This document shows, one piece after another, positions 6,616 through 14,009 of a DNA stretch of 42,639 nt. Below the pieces are notes generated by a model. That model was not told where the DNA came from. It did no database searches and saw nothing but the letters and a program-made list of their open reading frames with translations. A program made the translations under genes and the position numbers. Positions within the stretch are counted from its first letter, which is position 1. Each line of letters opens with the position of its first letter. Source of the DNA: a virus; IMG/VR virus record IMGVR_UViG_3300045988_020191, positions 1 to 42,639 of that record, one strand, 5' to 3'.

Positions 6616-7265
6616 AGGCTCCCCTCCGTATTGCCGTAGTCGTAGTGATACCCTCTGCCGCTCTCGGGCAGTTCATCGTCCCACCGGCCTTGATTCAGCC
6701 ATGTGGCGGGGTGTGGAATAAACTGCCCGTTGTTCTGCGTCCATTGGTCGCTGCACTTCTGCCGCTCCACTGCGGTCACAAGTGTTTCGAGTGGGACTTT
6801 GACCCGCTCAAAAGCTCTCTTAGCAGACTGTTTCCCGATTTTTCGCGGGTAAACTGACCAAAAACGCTCGAATGCGTCCCCCGTAGAGGGGGATTTAGGG
6901 GGTATATCGTCTTCTGTCTTATGTCCTTCGTCTTCTGTCTTATGTCTTATGTTATTAGTAGGCTTGCATTTGCTTACGTTTGCTTGCGTTTGCTTACATT
7001 TGCTTACATTTGCTTTTGGCATTCTTCCACCCGTTGCGCCGTTTCGCGCAAGAACGTCGGATTTTTGCGCGTCGCGGTCGATGACCGACTTGAATACCGG
7101 GAATAAAATAGATTCTCTTCCAAGGTTGTCTGGGACTTCTCCCGACCTGGCATATTCTAAAATCGCAACAAACAGACGGCCTTTTTCGTCATCTTCCAGT
7201 GCTGCTGTTTGCTCGATCCAATCGTAATATGCCTTTATATAGCACCTTGCCGATGCAGTTCCCAT
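6612..7265 (-). CDS. phage replisome organiser / replication initiation protein (DnaD-like)
   Basis: 217 aa. The N-terminus is YYDWIEQTAALEDDEKGRLFVAILEY and the C-terminus FERFWSVYPRKIGKQSAKRAFERV. Iteron-like DNA repeats lie inside the gene. Confidence 0.7.
   Translation of the reverse strand: MGTASARCYIKAYYDWIEQTAALEDDEKGRLFVAILEYARSGEVPDNLGRESILFPVFKSVIDRDAQKSDVLARNGATGGRMPKANVSKCKQTQANVSKCKPTNNIRHKTEDEGHKTEDDIPPKSPSTGDAFERFWSVYPRKIGKQSAKRAFERVKVPLETLVTAVERQKCSDQWTQNNGQFIPHPATWLNQGRWDDELPESGRGYHYDYGNTEGSL
6908..6946. repeat. 18-nt direct repeat x2 (CGTCTTCTGTCTTATGTC), 21-bp period
   Basis: Read directly: copies at 6908-6925 and 6929-6946. Confidence 0.9.
6962..7016. repeat. 10-bp phased iteron-like array GCTTRCRTTT x5.5; probable replication origin inside the organiser gene
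   Basis: Read directly: units start at 6962, 6972, 6982, 6992, 7002 and (partial) 7012. The period is exactly 10 bp. Confidence 0.7.
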
Positions 7266-7277
7266 GCCGTCACCGCC

Positions 7278-7679
7278 TTAAAACGGCAGCTCGGATTCGT
7301 CCTCGCAAACCTCCGCGAAACCATCTGCTGAATCCTGCGGCGCGGTTACATCGGTGCGCTTGCTATCGCCAAAATAGATGTTGTCGGCGATGATCTCCGT
7401 GTTGCGGCGCTTATTGCCGTCCTTGTCCGTCCAGTCGCGGACGGTGAGTTTACCCTCAACCACGACCATGCGTCCCTTGCTCAAATACTGGCAAGCAAAC
7501 TCGGCGTTCTGCCGCCATGCAACCACATCGAGGAAATAGGTTCTCTTCTCGCCGGTTGCCTTGCTCTTGAAATCGTCATCGACGGCAACGGTGAAACTCG
7601 TGACCGCCGTACCGTCCTGCGTGCGGCGCAGTTCCAGATCGCGCGTAATGCGCCCCATGATGCAAATTCTGTTCAGCAT
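7278..7679 (-). CDS. ssb: single-stranded DNA-binding protein
   Basis: 133 aa. OB-fold start MLNRICIMGRITRDLELRRTQDG and an acidic tail ending DESELPF. Confidence 0.9.
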   Translation of the reverse strand: MLNRICIMGRITRDLELRRTQDGTAVTSFTVAVDDDFKSKATGEKRTYFLDVVAWRQNAEFACQYLSKGRMVVVEGKLTVRDWTDKDGNKRRNTEIIADNIYFGDSKRTDVTAPQDSADGFAEVCEDESELPF

Positions 7680-7981
7680 GATTCTTCCTCCAAATAGTTT
7701 TTCTTGAATACAGCCATAAAAGTATCGTGGCCGTAAAGCTCTTCAAAGCGCTTCTGACACTCGCGTTTCAGCCGCATATCCAGCTCGTGACCGTTCTTGC
7801 CGTGCACGCCGTAGTCGGCCATATTGTGCCAGTCGGCACGCAGCCACACCCAGCAGCCCCAAATATCGGATAGCTGCCGACGGCCACCACCGTAAATGTG
7901 ATGCCGCGCGAGGTTCGTCGAGAATCCTGAGATATAGCATTCTCGCTTGTCCTGCATGATGCTTTTCGTCATCTGCCCCAC
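7673..7981 (-). CDS. hypothetical protein, possibly His-Me finger/HNH-like
   Basis: 102 aa. The His-rich pattern CYISG...RHHIYGGGRRQLSD...WHNMADYGVHGKNGH is only a weak assignment. Confidence 0.35.
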   Translation of the reverse strand: MGQMTKSIMQDKRECYISGFSTNLARHHIYGGGRRQLSDIWGCWVWLRADWHNMADYGVHGKNGHELDMRLKRECQKRFEELYGHDTFMAVFKKNYLEEESC

Positions 7982-8490
7982 TCCTCCTTCAATGCATCAA
8001 GCTGCTGCGGGGTCAATGTCTCAATGCCAAGCGCCTTGCAATCCTGCACGATGTTGTCGATCAGGCGCGCCATTTGCTTTGTGTCAAAGGTGGACGAGCC
8101 GTAATACAAGACCACATTCTTGCAGCCCTCTATTTTGCTGTCCATCACTTCCGTCTGCCAGCCGATACCGTTTTTGTTCCAGCCATCGCACAGCTTCTGC
8201 ACGGCCTTCTCACGCACGCAGACGGTTTCTGTGTTTCCGCCAACGTCCCGCACCTCTCCCCGGTAAATCTCGCTTTTTGGCGTTCCTGTGGCTTCTGCAA
8301 GCTTGTCCAGCAGCACCCATGAATAAGCGTTTGCATCAAGGCTCCGCTTCTCGCGGTGCTTTTTAATGGTCACATCAACGTCAACCTCATGCAGCTCGTC
8401 AAACAGCGCACCGACATTCTCCCGCGTGGCGATGGTGAGTAAATACCCACCATCTCGCGCAAGGGATAGATCATACAGTCGGGCTTTCAT
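7969..8490 (-). CDS. ninB: NinB/Orf-like recombination mediator
   Basis: 173 aa. The segment VTIKKHREKRSLDANAYSWVLLDKL parallels the lambda Orf RSLDQNRKLWACLGDV region. The gene sits between the annealase and SSB. Confidence 0.55.
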   Translation of the reverse strand: MKARLYDLSLARDGGYLLTIATRENVGALFDELHEVDVDVTIKKHREKRSLDANAYSWVLLDKLAEATGTPKSEIYRGEVRDVGGNTETVCVREKAVQKLCDGWNKNGIGWQTEVMDSKIEGCKNVVLYYGSSTFDTKQMARLIDNIVQDCKALGIETLTPQQLDALKEEWGR

Positions 8491-9109
8491 TGGCTTTTCT
8501 CCTTGCCGTCATGCACGCCCAGCAGAGCGGCGCTTTATAGGTATTTATCGCGTTCTCCGCAATCTCGGCAACGGAATATTTCTTGCCTCCGTGCGTCACA
8601 GGGTAGATGGGCTTGCCGCAGTCCTTGCAAACCGGTTTTCCAGCCGCCTCGTTTGGTTGCTGTCTCTCCGGTCTTGGTGTGTACTTGGTCGAGTCCTTTG
8701 CCCAATACACATCGGCGCCAAAACCGAGCGCCTTGCAGGCAACAGAGATCGCGTCTGTCAAAGCCATCTTGAAGCACTCGTCAGAGGTGTAAAGGCCGTT
8801 TCGTTCACTGGCAACAAACGCGCTGCCGCCTGTGCCGGGAATCGCGTCCGACCACTCCCCGTCGACTTTGATGTAAAGGTCAATGTCTACAAATGCGGAA
8901 ACCTCGTTGTTCGCGCCATTTTCAAGGCGCTTATCAGTGATGGTATATTTCCAACCGATACCGCAAGGGCCGAACTGCTCCGTCAGCGCCTTAATGCGCC
9001 ACATTGGGTTAATGTCGGTCTTGCCTTTCAGCCTCCCCGCTTGAATTTCGCGCTGTGCGGACTGCGGGACTTGCCGAACGCGCTCATAAATTTCAAGGTT
9101 CTCCATCAC
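8471..9109 (-). CDS. Rad52/Sak-type (DUF1071-like) single-strand annealing protein with C-terminal zinc ribbon
   Basis: 212 aa. Contains INPMWRIKALTEQFGPCGIGWKY...ALGFGADVY, with CKDCG...CWAC at the C-terminus. Confidence 0.65.
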   Translation of the reverse strand: MMENLEIYERVRQVPQSAQREIQAGRLKGKTDINPMWRIKALTEQFGPCGIGWKYTITDKRLENGANNEVSAFVDIDLYIKVDGEWSDAIPGTGGSAFVASERNGLYTSDECFKMALTDAISVACKALGFGADVYWAKDSTKYTPRPERQQPNEAAGKPVCKDCGKPIYPVTHGGKKYSVAEIAENAINTYKAPLCWACMTARRKANESPTV

Positions 9110-9591
9110 TTCACCCCCATGCTCATGCCCTGTACAAGCATCGCACCGTCGATTTCAGCACCGTTTTTCAGCAACGGGGCAAGGTCAGTCTTGCTCACCG
9201 TGGGGGCGTTGTAAGTAACCTCGCCGTCGTGACCGTTGGCGAGCATCCACGCCACCACCGCGCCCATGTCGGAGACCTCCACGCTGGTGGTCTTGCGGTA
9301 GCTGATGGAGCATCGCGGGGTTGAAAACTTCTCGCCGTTCAGAACAGAATCGAGATATTTTTTCTTGCTCTCTGCCGCGCGTTCTAAAGCCTGTCTGCGC
9401 GCCGCAAGGGTCTTCTCTTCTTCGCGGATCGCCTTTGCTTCGGCAACATCGTTTTTAATCCAAAGCGCGATGTTCTCGATCTTCTGATCTCGTTCCATAC
9501 TCAGCGCCATGAGCTTCTCAACGTCAAGGATTTCGCCGGTCTCGGCGTCTACACATTCCGCAAGCGCGGAATCAATCTGATAAAGGTTCAT
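9106..9591 (-). CDS. Siphovirus Gp157-like protein
   Basis: 161 aa. The start MNLYQIDSALAECVDAETGEILD...IENIALWIKN is typical of the Gp157 family. The gene is upstream of the recombinase. Confidence 0.7.
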   Translation of the reverse strand: MNLYQIDSALAECVDAETGEILDVEKLMALSMERDQKIENIALWIKNDVAEAKAIREEEKTLAARRQALERAAESKKKYLDSVLNGEKFSTPRCSISYRKTTSVEVSDMGAVVAWMLANGHDGEVTYNAPTVSKTDLAPLLKNGAEIDGAMLVQGMSMGVK

Positions 9592-9733
9592 CTTTTACCT
9601 CCGTAATATTGTCTGTGCCACAGTAAGGGCACACGGTTTGAGTGGTAATCGTCCAGTTTTCAGCGTCCAAATTTTCCCGGTACGCATAAAGCGCAGGCTC
9701 CCGGAAATCCGCACCGCAAGCAAAGCAGTGCAT
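9572..9733 (-). CDS. small zinc-ribbon protein (53 aa; below ORF-track cutoff)
   Basis: Hand translation: MHCFACGADFREPALYAYRENLDAENWTITTQTVCPYCGTDNITEVKDEPLSD. CxxC ... CxxC. The ATG overlaps the upstream TGA. Confidence 0.45.
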   Translation of the reverse strand: MHCFACGADFREPALYAYRENLDAENWTITTQTVCPYCGTDNITEVKDEPLSD

Positions 9734-10263
9734 CATTCCGCCGCCTCCAAATACGCCATCGCGCTCTGCACGCCGAACATGCGCGCTGCCTGATGATCGT
9801 CAAAAAACACGTCGATGTGATTGCCGTTCACTCCGCCGCCGCAATCCTCCGCAATATAGCTGCGCTGAGTGCCGTCCGGCCAGATCAGCAGGACGCGCGT
9901 CCCGTAGGGAATCACCTTCTGGTCGACCGCGATCGTGCGCCCCTCGGTCGCCAGCGTGCCGGTCGCGGTGTAGCCGCTTGCCCACTTGCCGCAGCAGCAG
10001 CGCCCGGGGCAGTAGGCCGTCAGCGTAAACTCGCCGAGAAACACGTCCTCGCACACCGCGCTTTCCGTAGCGGGAATGTCCCGCGCGGGGTCATACTCCT
10101 CTACGATGGGTGCTTCTTCCGGTTCCGCATCGACCGCCTGCGCGCTGGTGGCTAAGATGGCGACCACGATCAAGAGAATCGCCGCGCCCAGGCACGCCGC
10201 CGCAATCAGCGCCGATTCATCGGCTTTGCGCTGCTCCCTCGTGCGCTTGTCGTGCGTTCTCAT
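9733..10263 (-). CDS. membrane-anchored 3D-domain (RlpA/MltA-like) protein
   Basis: 176 aa. One N-terminal TM segment (LIAAACLGAAILLIVVAILA). The C-terminus FTLTAYC...TATGT...GRTIAVD...IPYGT...YIAEDCGGGVNGNHIDVFF is 3D-domain-like. Confidence 0.65.
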   Translation of the reverse strand: MRTHDKRTREQRKADESALIAAACLGAAILLIVVAILATSAQAVDAEPEEAPIVEEYDPARDIPATESAVCEDVFLGEFTLTAYCPGRCCCGKWASGYTATGTLATEGRTIAVDQKVIPYGTRVLLIWPDGTQRSYIAEDCGGGVNGNHIDVFFDDHQAARMFGVQSAMAYLEAAE

Positions 10264-11087
10264 CGCGTCACCTCTTCCATCGTGATTTGTGTGGGCTTTT
10301 CAAACAGCGGGGCAAGCATTTGTTCCTGCGCTGCCCTGTAGAAATTCTTGTCGATCTCAAATCCGTAAGCATTGCGGCCCAGCTCATACGCCGCGCGAAG
10401 TGTGGTCGCGCTTCCCGCACATGGGTCGATTACAACATCGCCGGGGTCGGTAAAAACCTCAATCAATCGTTTCAACACGTTCACCGGCTTCTGCGTAGGG
10501 TGGATTTTGGGAATGTCCTTCCCGTCGCGCTCCCACTTCTGCCAGTCAAAAACCATCTTTCCCGTGCCGCGAATCGGTTTCCCATCTTCGCCGATCTCTC
10601 GACCGTTGTTGAATTTTGGCAGCTTATCGCGATACAAAACTACCGCAAACTCCGTCGCGCCTACCACTCGCATATTGGCTTTAAGCACCTGCGCGGAATA
10701 GTTCTTGCAGAAAAACATCGGGTAGCTGTTCTTAAATCCGTACTGCTTCCCGTACTCCACGACGGTCTGCATCTGGTCGAACGCGCAGAAAACAAGCATT
10801 GCCGGGGCTTGCCCTTTCTCCTTCGGCTCTTTCTTCAAAAGGCGGTTGCAGAAGTGCATATATTCAGCGATTTTGAAATAGCCGTCGGAGTTAAAAAAGC
10901 TGCTCTTTGCCTTTTTGCTCTCGCCGTTTTTGCTGTCGCCACCGATGTACCACGTTGGGTTGCTCCCGTAAGCGTCAGCGCCGATATTGTAGGGAATGTC
11001 CGCGATCACGAGCTGCGCCTTTGGGATTCCGTATTTCTTAAAATTCTGGAAGTTGTCATGGTACAGCTCGCATTTCACCCCCTGCAC
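10260..11087 (-). CDS. orphan DNA methyltransferase (N6-A/N4-C, beta-class motif order)
   Basis: 275 aa. Motif IV-like ADIPYNIG comes before motif I-like VIDPCAGSATT. The start is GTG, at 11087 or 11078 (GTGA overlap with the upstream peptide gene). No cognate nuclease gene is present. Confidence 0.85.
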   Translation of the reverse strand: MQGVKCELYHDNFQNFKKYGIPKAQLVIADIPYNIGADAYGSNPTWYIGGDSKNGESKKAKSSFFNSDGYFKIAEYMHFCNRLLKKEPKEKGQAPAMLVFCAFDQMQTVVEYGKQYGFKNSYPMFFCKNYSAQVLKANMRVVGATEFAVVLYRDKLPKFNNGREIGEDGKPIRGTGKMVFDWQKWERDGKDIPKIHPTQKPVNVLKRLIEVFTDPGDVVIDPCAGSATTLRAAYELGRNAYGFEIDKNFYRAAQEQMLAPLFEKPTQITMEEVTR

Positions 11088-11230
11088 CCCCTGTCGATGT
11101 AGGGAAGCAGCTCATACAGCCACTTGCCGACCGCGCACGCGCCAATGACGGCGAGGGAGGTTGCAAAGTCGCAGCCGTTGAGCGCGATCACCGCAGCGGC
11201 GATGCCGCCGAAAAACAGCGTATCGATCAT
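11075..11230 (-). CDS. hydrophobic membrane peptide (51 aa; below ORF-track cutoff)
   Basis: Hand translation: MIDTLFFGGIAAAVIALNGCDFATSLAVIGACAVGKWLYELLPYIDRGCRG. ATGA overlap with the upstream gene. Confidence 0.4.
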   Translation of the reverse strand: MIDTLFFGGIAAAVIALNGCDFATSLAVIGACAVGKWLYELLPYIDRGCRG

Positions 11231-11472
11231 TTCGCGCCTCCGATCAGCATGAGCTTTTCCGCGTCCGTAAATTGCAAAACTCGGTCAAGCTCCCAAATTT
11301 CCTCTAAAGTCCAGCGGGAACGCCCCGCCATTCTGTTACAGATTTGCGTTTCCGATAGGCCGATTTCCTCGCCCAGCTCCTTGCCGGTGCGAATCAACGC
11401 CCGTCCCATCGCGCCGCGCACGGCTCGCTCAAGGTCGTTTCGCCGTCGCGTTAACTGTTGTGGCTTTAGCAT
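11227..11472 (-). CDS. HTH domain protein (81 aa)
   Basis: ATG at 11472 (MLKPQQLTRRRNDL...). The segment LGEEIGLSETQICNRMAG is HTH-like. Confidence 0.5.
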   Translation of the reverse strand: MLKPQQLTRRRNDLERAVRGAMGRALIRTGKELGEEIGLSETQICNRMAGRSRWTLEEIWELDRVLQFTDAEKLMLIGGAK

Positions 11473-11579
11473 CTTGCCTTTTCCTTTCTCGCGTGCTACA
11501 ATAAGCACGGACACAATATCTTGTGGTGAGATTCGTCCCACCCGCCCCGCTCGATGCTGCAACATTGGGCGGGGCATTT

Positions 11580-12215
11580 TTATTCGATGCCGACAATGTG
11601 GTATCTACCGTATCCACTTGAACGCCCAGAACCGATGCCAAGTCCAAAGCCGGCCATATTGATGATGTTCACGATCTGGTCGAGAGAGTAAACATTCTCG
11701 GTGTATGTGATTGGGATTTTCGCACTCCATCCGGAAAAGCGGTTGATGTAAACAAGGACGGGTGCTCCGCGCTTCGGGGACATGAGCTTCTGGTCAACGT
11801 TGTGTTCCGCAAACTTGATTGGAATAAGTGCGTTTGTCACATTCATGGCGTTGTCAAACTTCGTCGAGTAAGTATCGATCTCGTTTCGGACAACTGCCTG
11901 ACAAAAGGACTTTTTCAACCCAAAGCCTGTGATGCACGGGGCGTTGTTGGCCAGCATCTCATGCAAAACCTCTGCGTTCATATCGCGGTAAGTGTCCTCG
12001 ACCGGATAGCCGTTCAGCCAGTGCATGGCGGTAATGATGTCCTCCCAGTTGTTGGGGATTTCTTTCGTGGTTCTTTTGCTCTCGCGGGCGCGGGTCAATT
12101 CTCGGATGGTGCGGGCGTTCATCTTGTTTAAAACAAGGTCGCCGTCGCCCTCGATACAGATGGTTGCCGATTCGATTTTCACCGGCTGAATTTCAATGAT
12201 GCGTTCCTTTTTCAT
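11580..12215 (-). CDS. hypothetical protein (211 aa) with Cas6/RAMP-like C-terminal glycine-rich loop
   Basis: ATG at 12215 (MKKERIIEIQPVKIE...) preceded by AAGGAG. The C-terminus GFGLGIGSGRSSGYGRYHIVGIE fits G-h-G-x5-G-h-G followed by a terminal beta-strand. Confidence 0.6.
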   Translation of the reverse strand: MKKERIIEIQPVKIESATICIEGDGDLVLNKMNARTIRELTRARESKRTTKEIPNNWEDIITAMHWLNGYPVEDTYRDMNAEVLHEMLANNAPCITGFGLKKSFCQAVVRNEIDTYSTKFDNAMNVTNALIPIKFAEHNVDQKLMSPKRGAPVLVYINRFSGWSAKIPITYTENVYSLDQIVNIINMAGFGLGIGSGRSSGYGRYHIVGIE

Positions 12216-12612
12216 GGTATCTTTCTCCTTCGTTTTGTTCGTGCGCTTGCTGTGACTTATGGTGGAGGTAGCAGTATTCACAAAGTCATGTTGTGTTTTG
12301 TTTTTTTTCTAAATTGAGTTGTTCTATAATTTGCAGTTTTTTTATATAGTAGGCCATAAGCCACAGCAAGCGCACGATGTTTTGTTGTTCTGCGGTATAC
12401 GATAGTGTGTTGAGGTGTTTTGTCCTCGTGTAAGGTGTTTGTTTGCGGTAAGCAGAAATAGAAGCGTGTAGTATTATTTCTATTGTTTTCTGTCGTGTAA
12501 TATCATTTGTTGTTTGGAAGGGTTCTGTTCTCTCGTGCTGTGAAGTGTTCTAAGCTACGCTATACTATCTGCGGGGAGCTACGCGCCCCTGTTTCCGCTT
12601 ACCGCCGTTTTG
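12216..12612 (-). promoter_or_regulatory. ~400-nt untranslated, C/A-rich (on the transcribed strand) inter-cistronic leader with a 23-bp stem
   Basis: No ORF longer than 10 codons. The plus strand is G/T-rich with very few C. The inverted repeat 12240-12262 / 12354-12376 matches at 22 of 23 positions, and the single mismatch is a G-U only in minus-strand RNA. Confidence 0.6.
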
Positions 12613-13056
12613 CTATCCGGTTACCTTGTCGATGGCGTCAAATACGCCGTCAAGCTCTACCAGTGTTTTGTACTTCGCCTTGAAACTGTTCAGCTCTGCA
12701 AAAGCGCGGTCGAGCAGCTTTCGGTATTCGTCCTTGTCCTGCATGATCAGGACGGTCGGCTTATAGCCGCTGTCCGCGTCCGTCTTGAAGAACACGCGAA
12801 CCTCCGGGCGAGGCGTTTCGTTTTTCTCCTTGATGACCAGATTGCAGACGATGTGCCGCGCCTGCTGCAACCGCCACTTCTCGGCGGCTTCGGCATCGTT
12901 CCAATCAAAGCACTTGTGCAGCTCCGTCTTCTCGTCCCTCGCCTTGTCGAGGATTTGAGCGGTCGTTGCAGAACTGCCGATTGCTAAGATTTCGTTAGCG
13001 ACCTTCTGCGCGTCAGCGGAAATGCGGCAGCCGCTTTTCCATGCTGCGAAAATCAT
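12613..13056 (-). CDS. hypothetical early protein (147 aa)
   Basis: ATG at 13056 (MIFAAWKSG...) preceded by AAAGGAGGAAGGG. Confidence 0.55.
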   Translation of the reverse strand: MIFAAWKSGCRISADAQKVANEILAIGSSATTAQILDKARDEKTELHKCFDWNDAEAAEKWRLQQARHIVCNLVIKEKNETPRPEVRVFFKTDADSGYKPTVLIMQDKDEYRKLLDRAFAELNSFKAKYKTLVELDGVFDAIDKVTG

Positions 13057-13072
13057 GTGGTCCCTTCCTCCT

Positions 13073-13264
13073 TTACTTTTCATCGGGCTTTAACAGCTCG
13101 TCCACCGTGCAACCGTATAGCGCTGCGATTTCCGGCAATCTGCTTGCCCTCGGGGCCTGCTGACCGGTCTCCCAGTAATACACGGCCACGTCGGAGATTT
13201 TCAGCGCGTCTGCTACCTGCTGGACGCTGAATCCAGCTTTATGACGAGCGCTTCGAAAACTCAT
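13073..13264 (-). CDS. Cro-like XRE-family HTH regulator
   Basis: 63 aa. FSVQQVADALKISDVAVYYWETGQ is an XRE HTH. The gene is divergent from the CI-like gene. Confidence 0.8.
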   Translation of the reverse strand: MSFRSARHKAGFSVQQVADALKISDVAVYYWETGQQAPRASRLPEIAALYGCTVDELLKPDEK

Positions 13265-13292
13265 CTTTTCACCTCCAAATACTAAGTTTTGC

Positions 13293-13320
13293 TTGACAAC
13301 TTAGCGAACCGTGATATTAT
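13293..13320 (+). promoter_or_regulatory. sigma-70-type promoter toward the CI-like gene (TTGACA-16-TATTAT)
   Basis: Read directly. The -35 is flanked and overlapped by the inverted repeat CTAAGTT(13282-13288)/AACTTAG(13298-13304). Confidence 0.6.
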
Positions 13321-13399
13321 AAGAAGTGCCAACAAACTAATAATTTCGACAGTCCGCTAAGTATCAAGGGGGGCTTGCTTTTTATTGCCCTATGCTTAC

Positions 13400-13428
13400 A
13401 TTATACTAAGTTCAGCTTAATATGTCAA
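13400..13428 (-). promoter_or_regulatory. consensus sigma-70 promoter toward cro (TTGACA-17-TATAAT on the minus strand)
   Basis: The reverse complement of 13400-13428 reads TTGACAtattaagctgaacttagTATAAT. A CTAAGT half-site at 13406-13411 abuts the -10. Confidence 0.65.
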
Positions 13429-13485
13429 GTTGAACTTTGCATTTTGTGCGACTTCGGCGGTTTGTACAAAGGGAGGCTTAATATT

Positions 13486-13851
13486 TTGGACGGTCCTACG
13501 CTTGTTGATATCGTCGAACGCGAGCTCGTTTCTCGACATATAAAAAAGGCGGAATTTTATGCCGCAACAAAAATATCAAGCGCAACATTTTCACAGTGGA
13601 GAAATAACATCTATTTCCCATCTGCTGCTAATATCAAAACTATTGAAGAATATTTGGGGATTTCAATTTCTTATTCTGTAGCCGATAAAACCGCAAAAAA
13701 AGAGCGCCCCACCGATGGTGAAGCGCTCATTTCTGAATTGCCCAAAGATATTCAAAAGCTCATTCGGATTTGCGAATCAAATCCTGACCTTGCTGCTGCT
13801 CTACTATCTGTTGCGCAGCAGATCGAAAAAGGTCAAGTTGCTGGGGAGTAA
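13486..13851 (+). CDS. CI-like repressor (HTH, 121 aa)
   Basis: TTG start at 13486, 8 nt after AGGGAGG. The segment IKKAEFYAATKISSATFSQWRNNIYFPSAANIKTIEEYLGISI is HTH-like. Divergent from cro. Confidence 0.65.
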   Translation: MDGPTLVDIVERELVSRHIKKAEFYAATKISSATFSQWRNNIYFPSAANIKTIEEYLGISISYSVADKTAKKERPTDGEALISELPKDIQKLIRICESNPDLAAALLSVAQQIEKGQVAGE

Positions 13852-14009
13852 ATCTCGAAATTGTAATAATCAATTCCTCTACCGTCGTCATCCTCTCTGC
13901 CCTCCGTTCGCTCTCATATAATAAAACAAGTGTTCTATCGCGGATTAGTATAGCACTAATTTTTAATTGATTCAATATAATTTAAAATATAAAATTAGGT
14001 GAATTTGAT

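Noticed and set aside
5824-6639. Long plus-strand ORFs antisense to minus-strand genes: 5824..6639, 8366..9214, 10110..11102, 23112..24152, 25547..26581, 28431..29591, 29065..30081, 39898..40611 and similar
   Set aside because: These are shadow ORFs typical of GC-rich DNA. Their products are R/A/P/L-rich with no motifs. Each lies entirely opposite a gene with clear domain signatures, RBSs and operon packing.
12240-12376. The 23-bp inverted repeats flanking a 91-bp segment with a plus-strand TATAAT (12324-12329) as an invertible promoter switch
   Set aside because: No dedicated invertase is encoded and no convincing -35 partners the TATAAT. The single mismatch is compensated as G-U only in the early transcript, which favours an RNA stem. 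The idea remains a minor alternative that could be tested by looking for both orientations in reads.
13760-13975. Minus-strand ORF of 71 aa overlapping the 3' end of the CI-like gene
   Set aside because: It is antisense to a well-supported HTH gene over 90 nt. It has no SD, and its composition comes from the opposite-strand codons.
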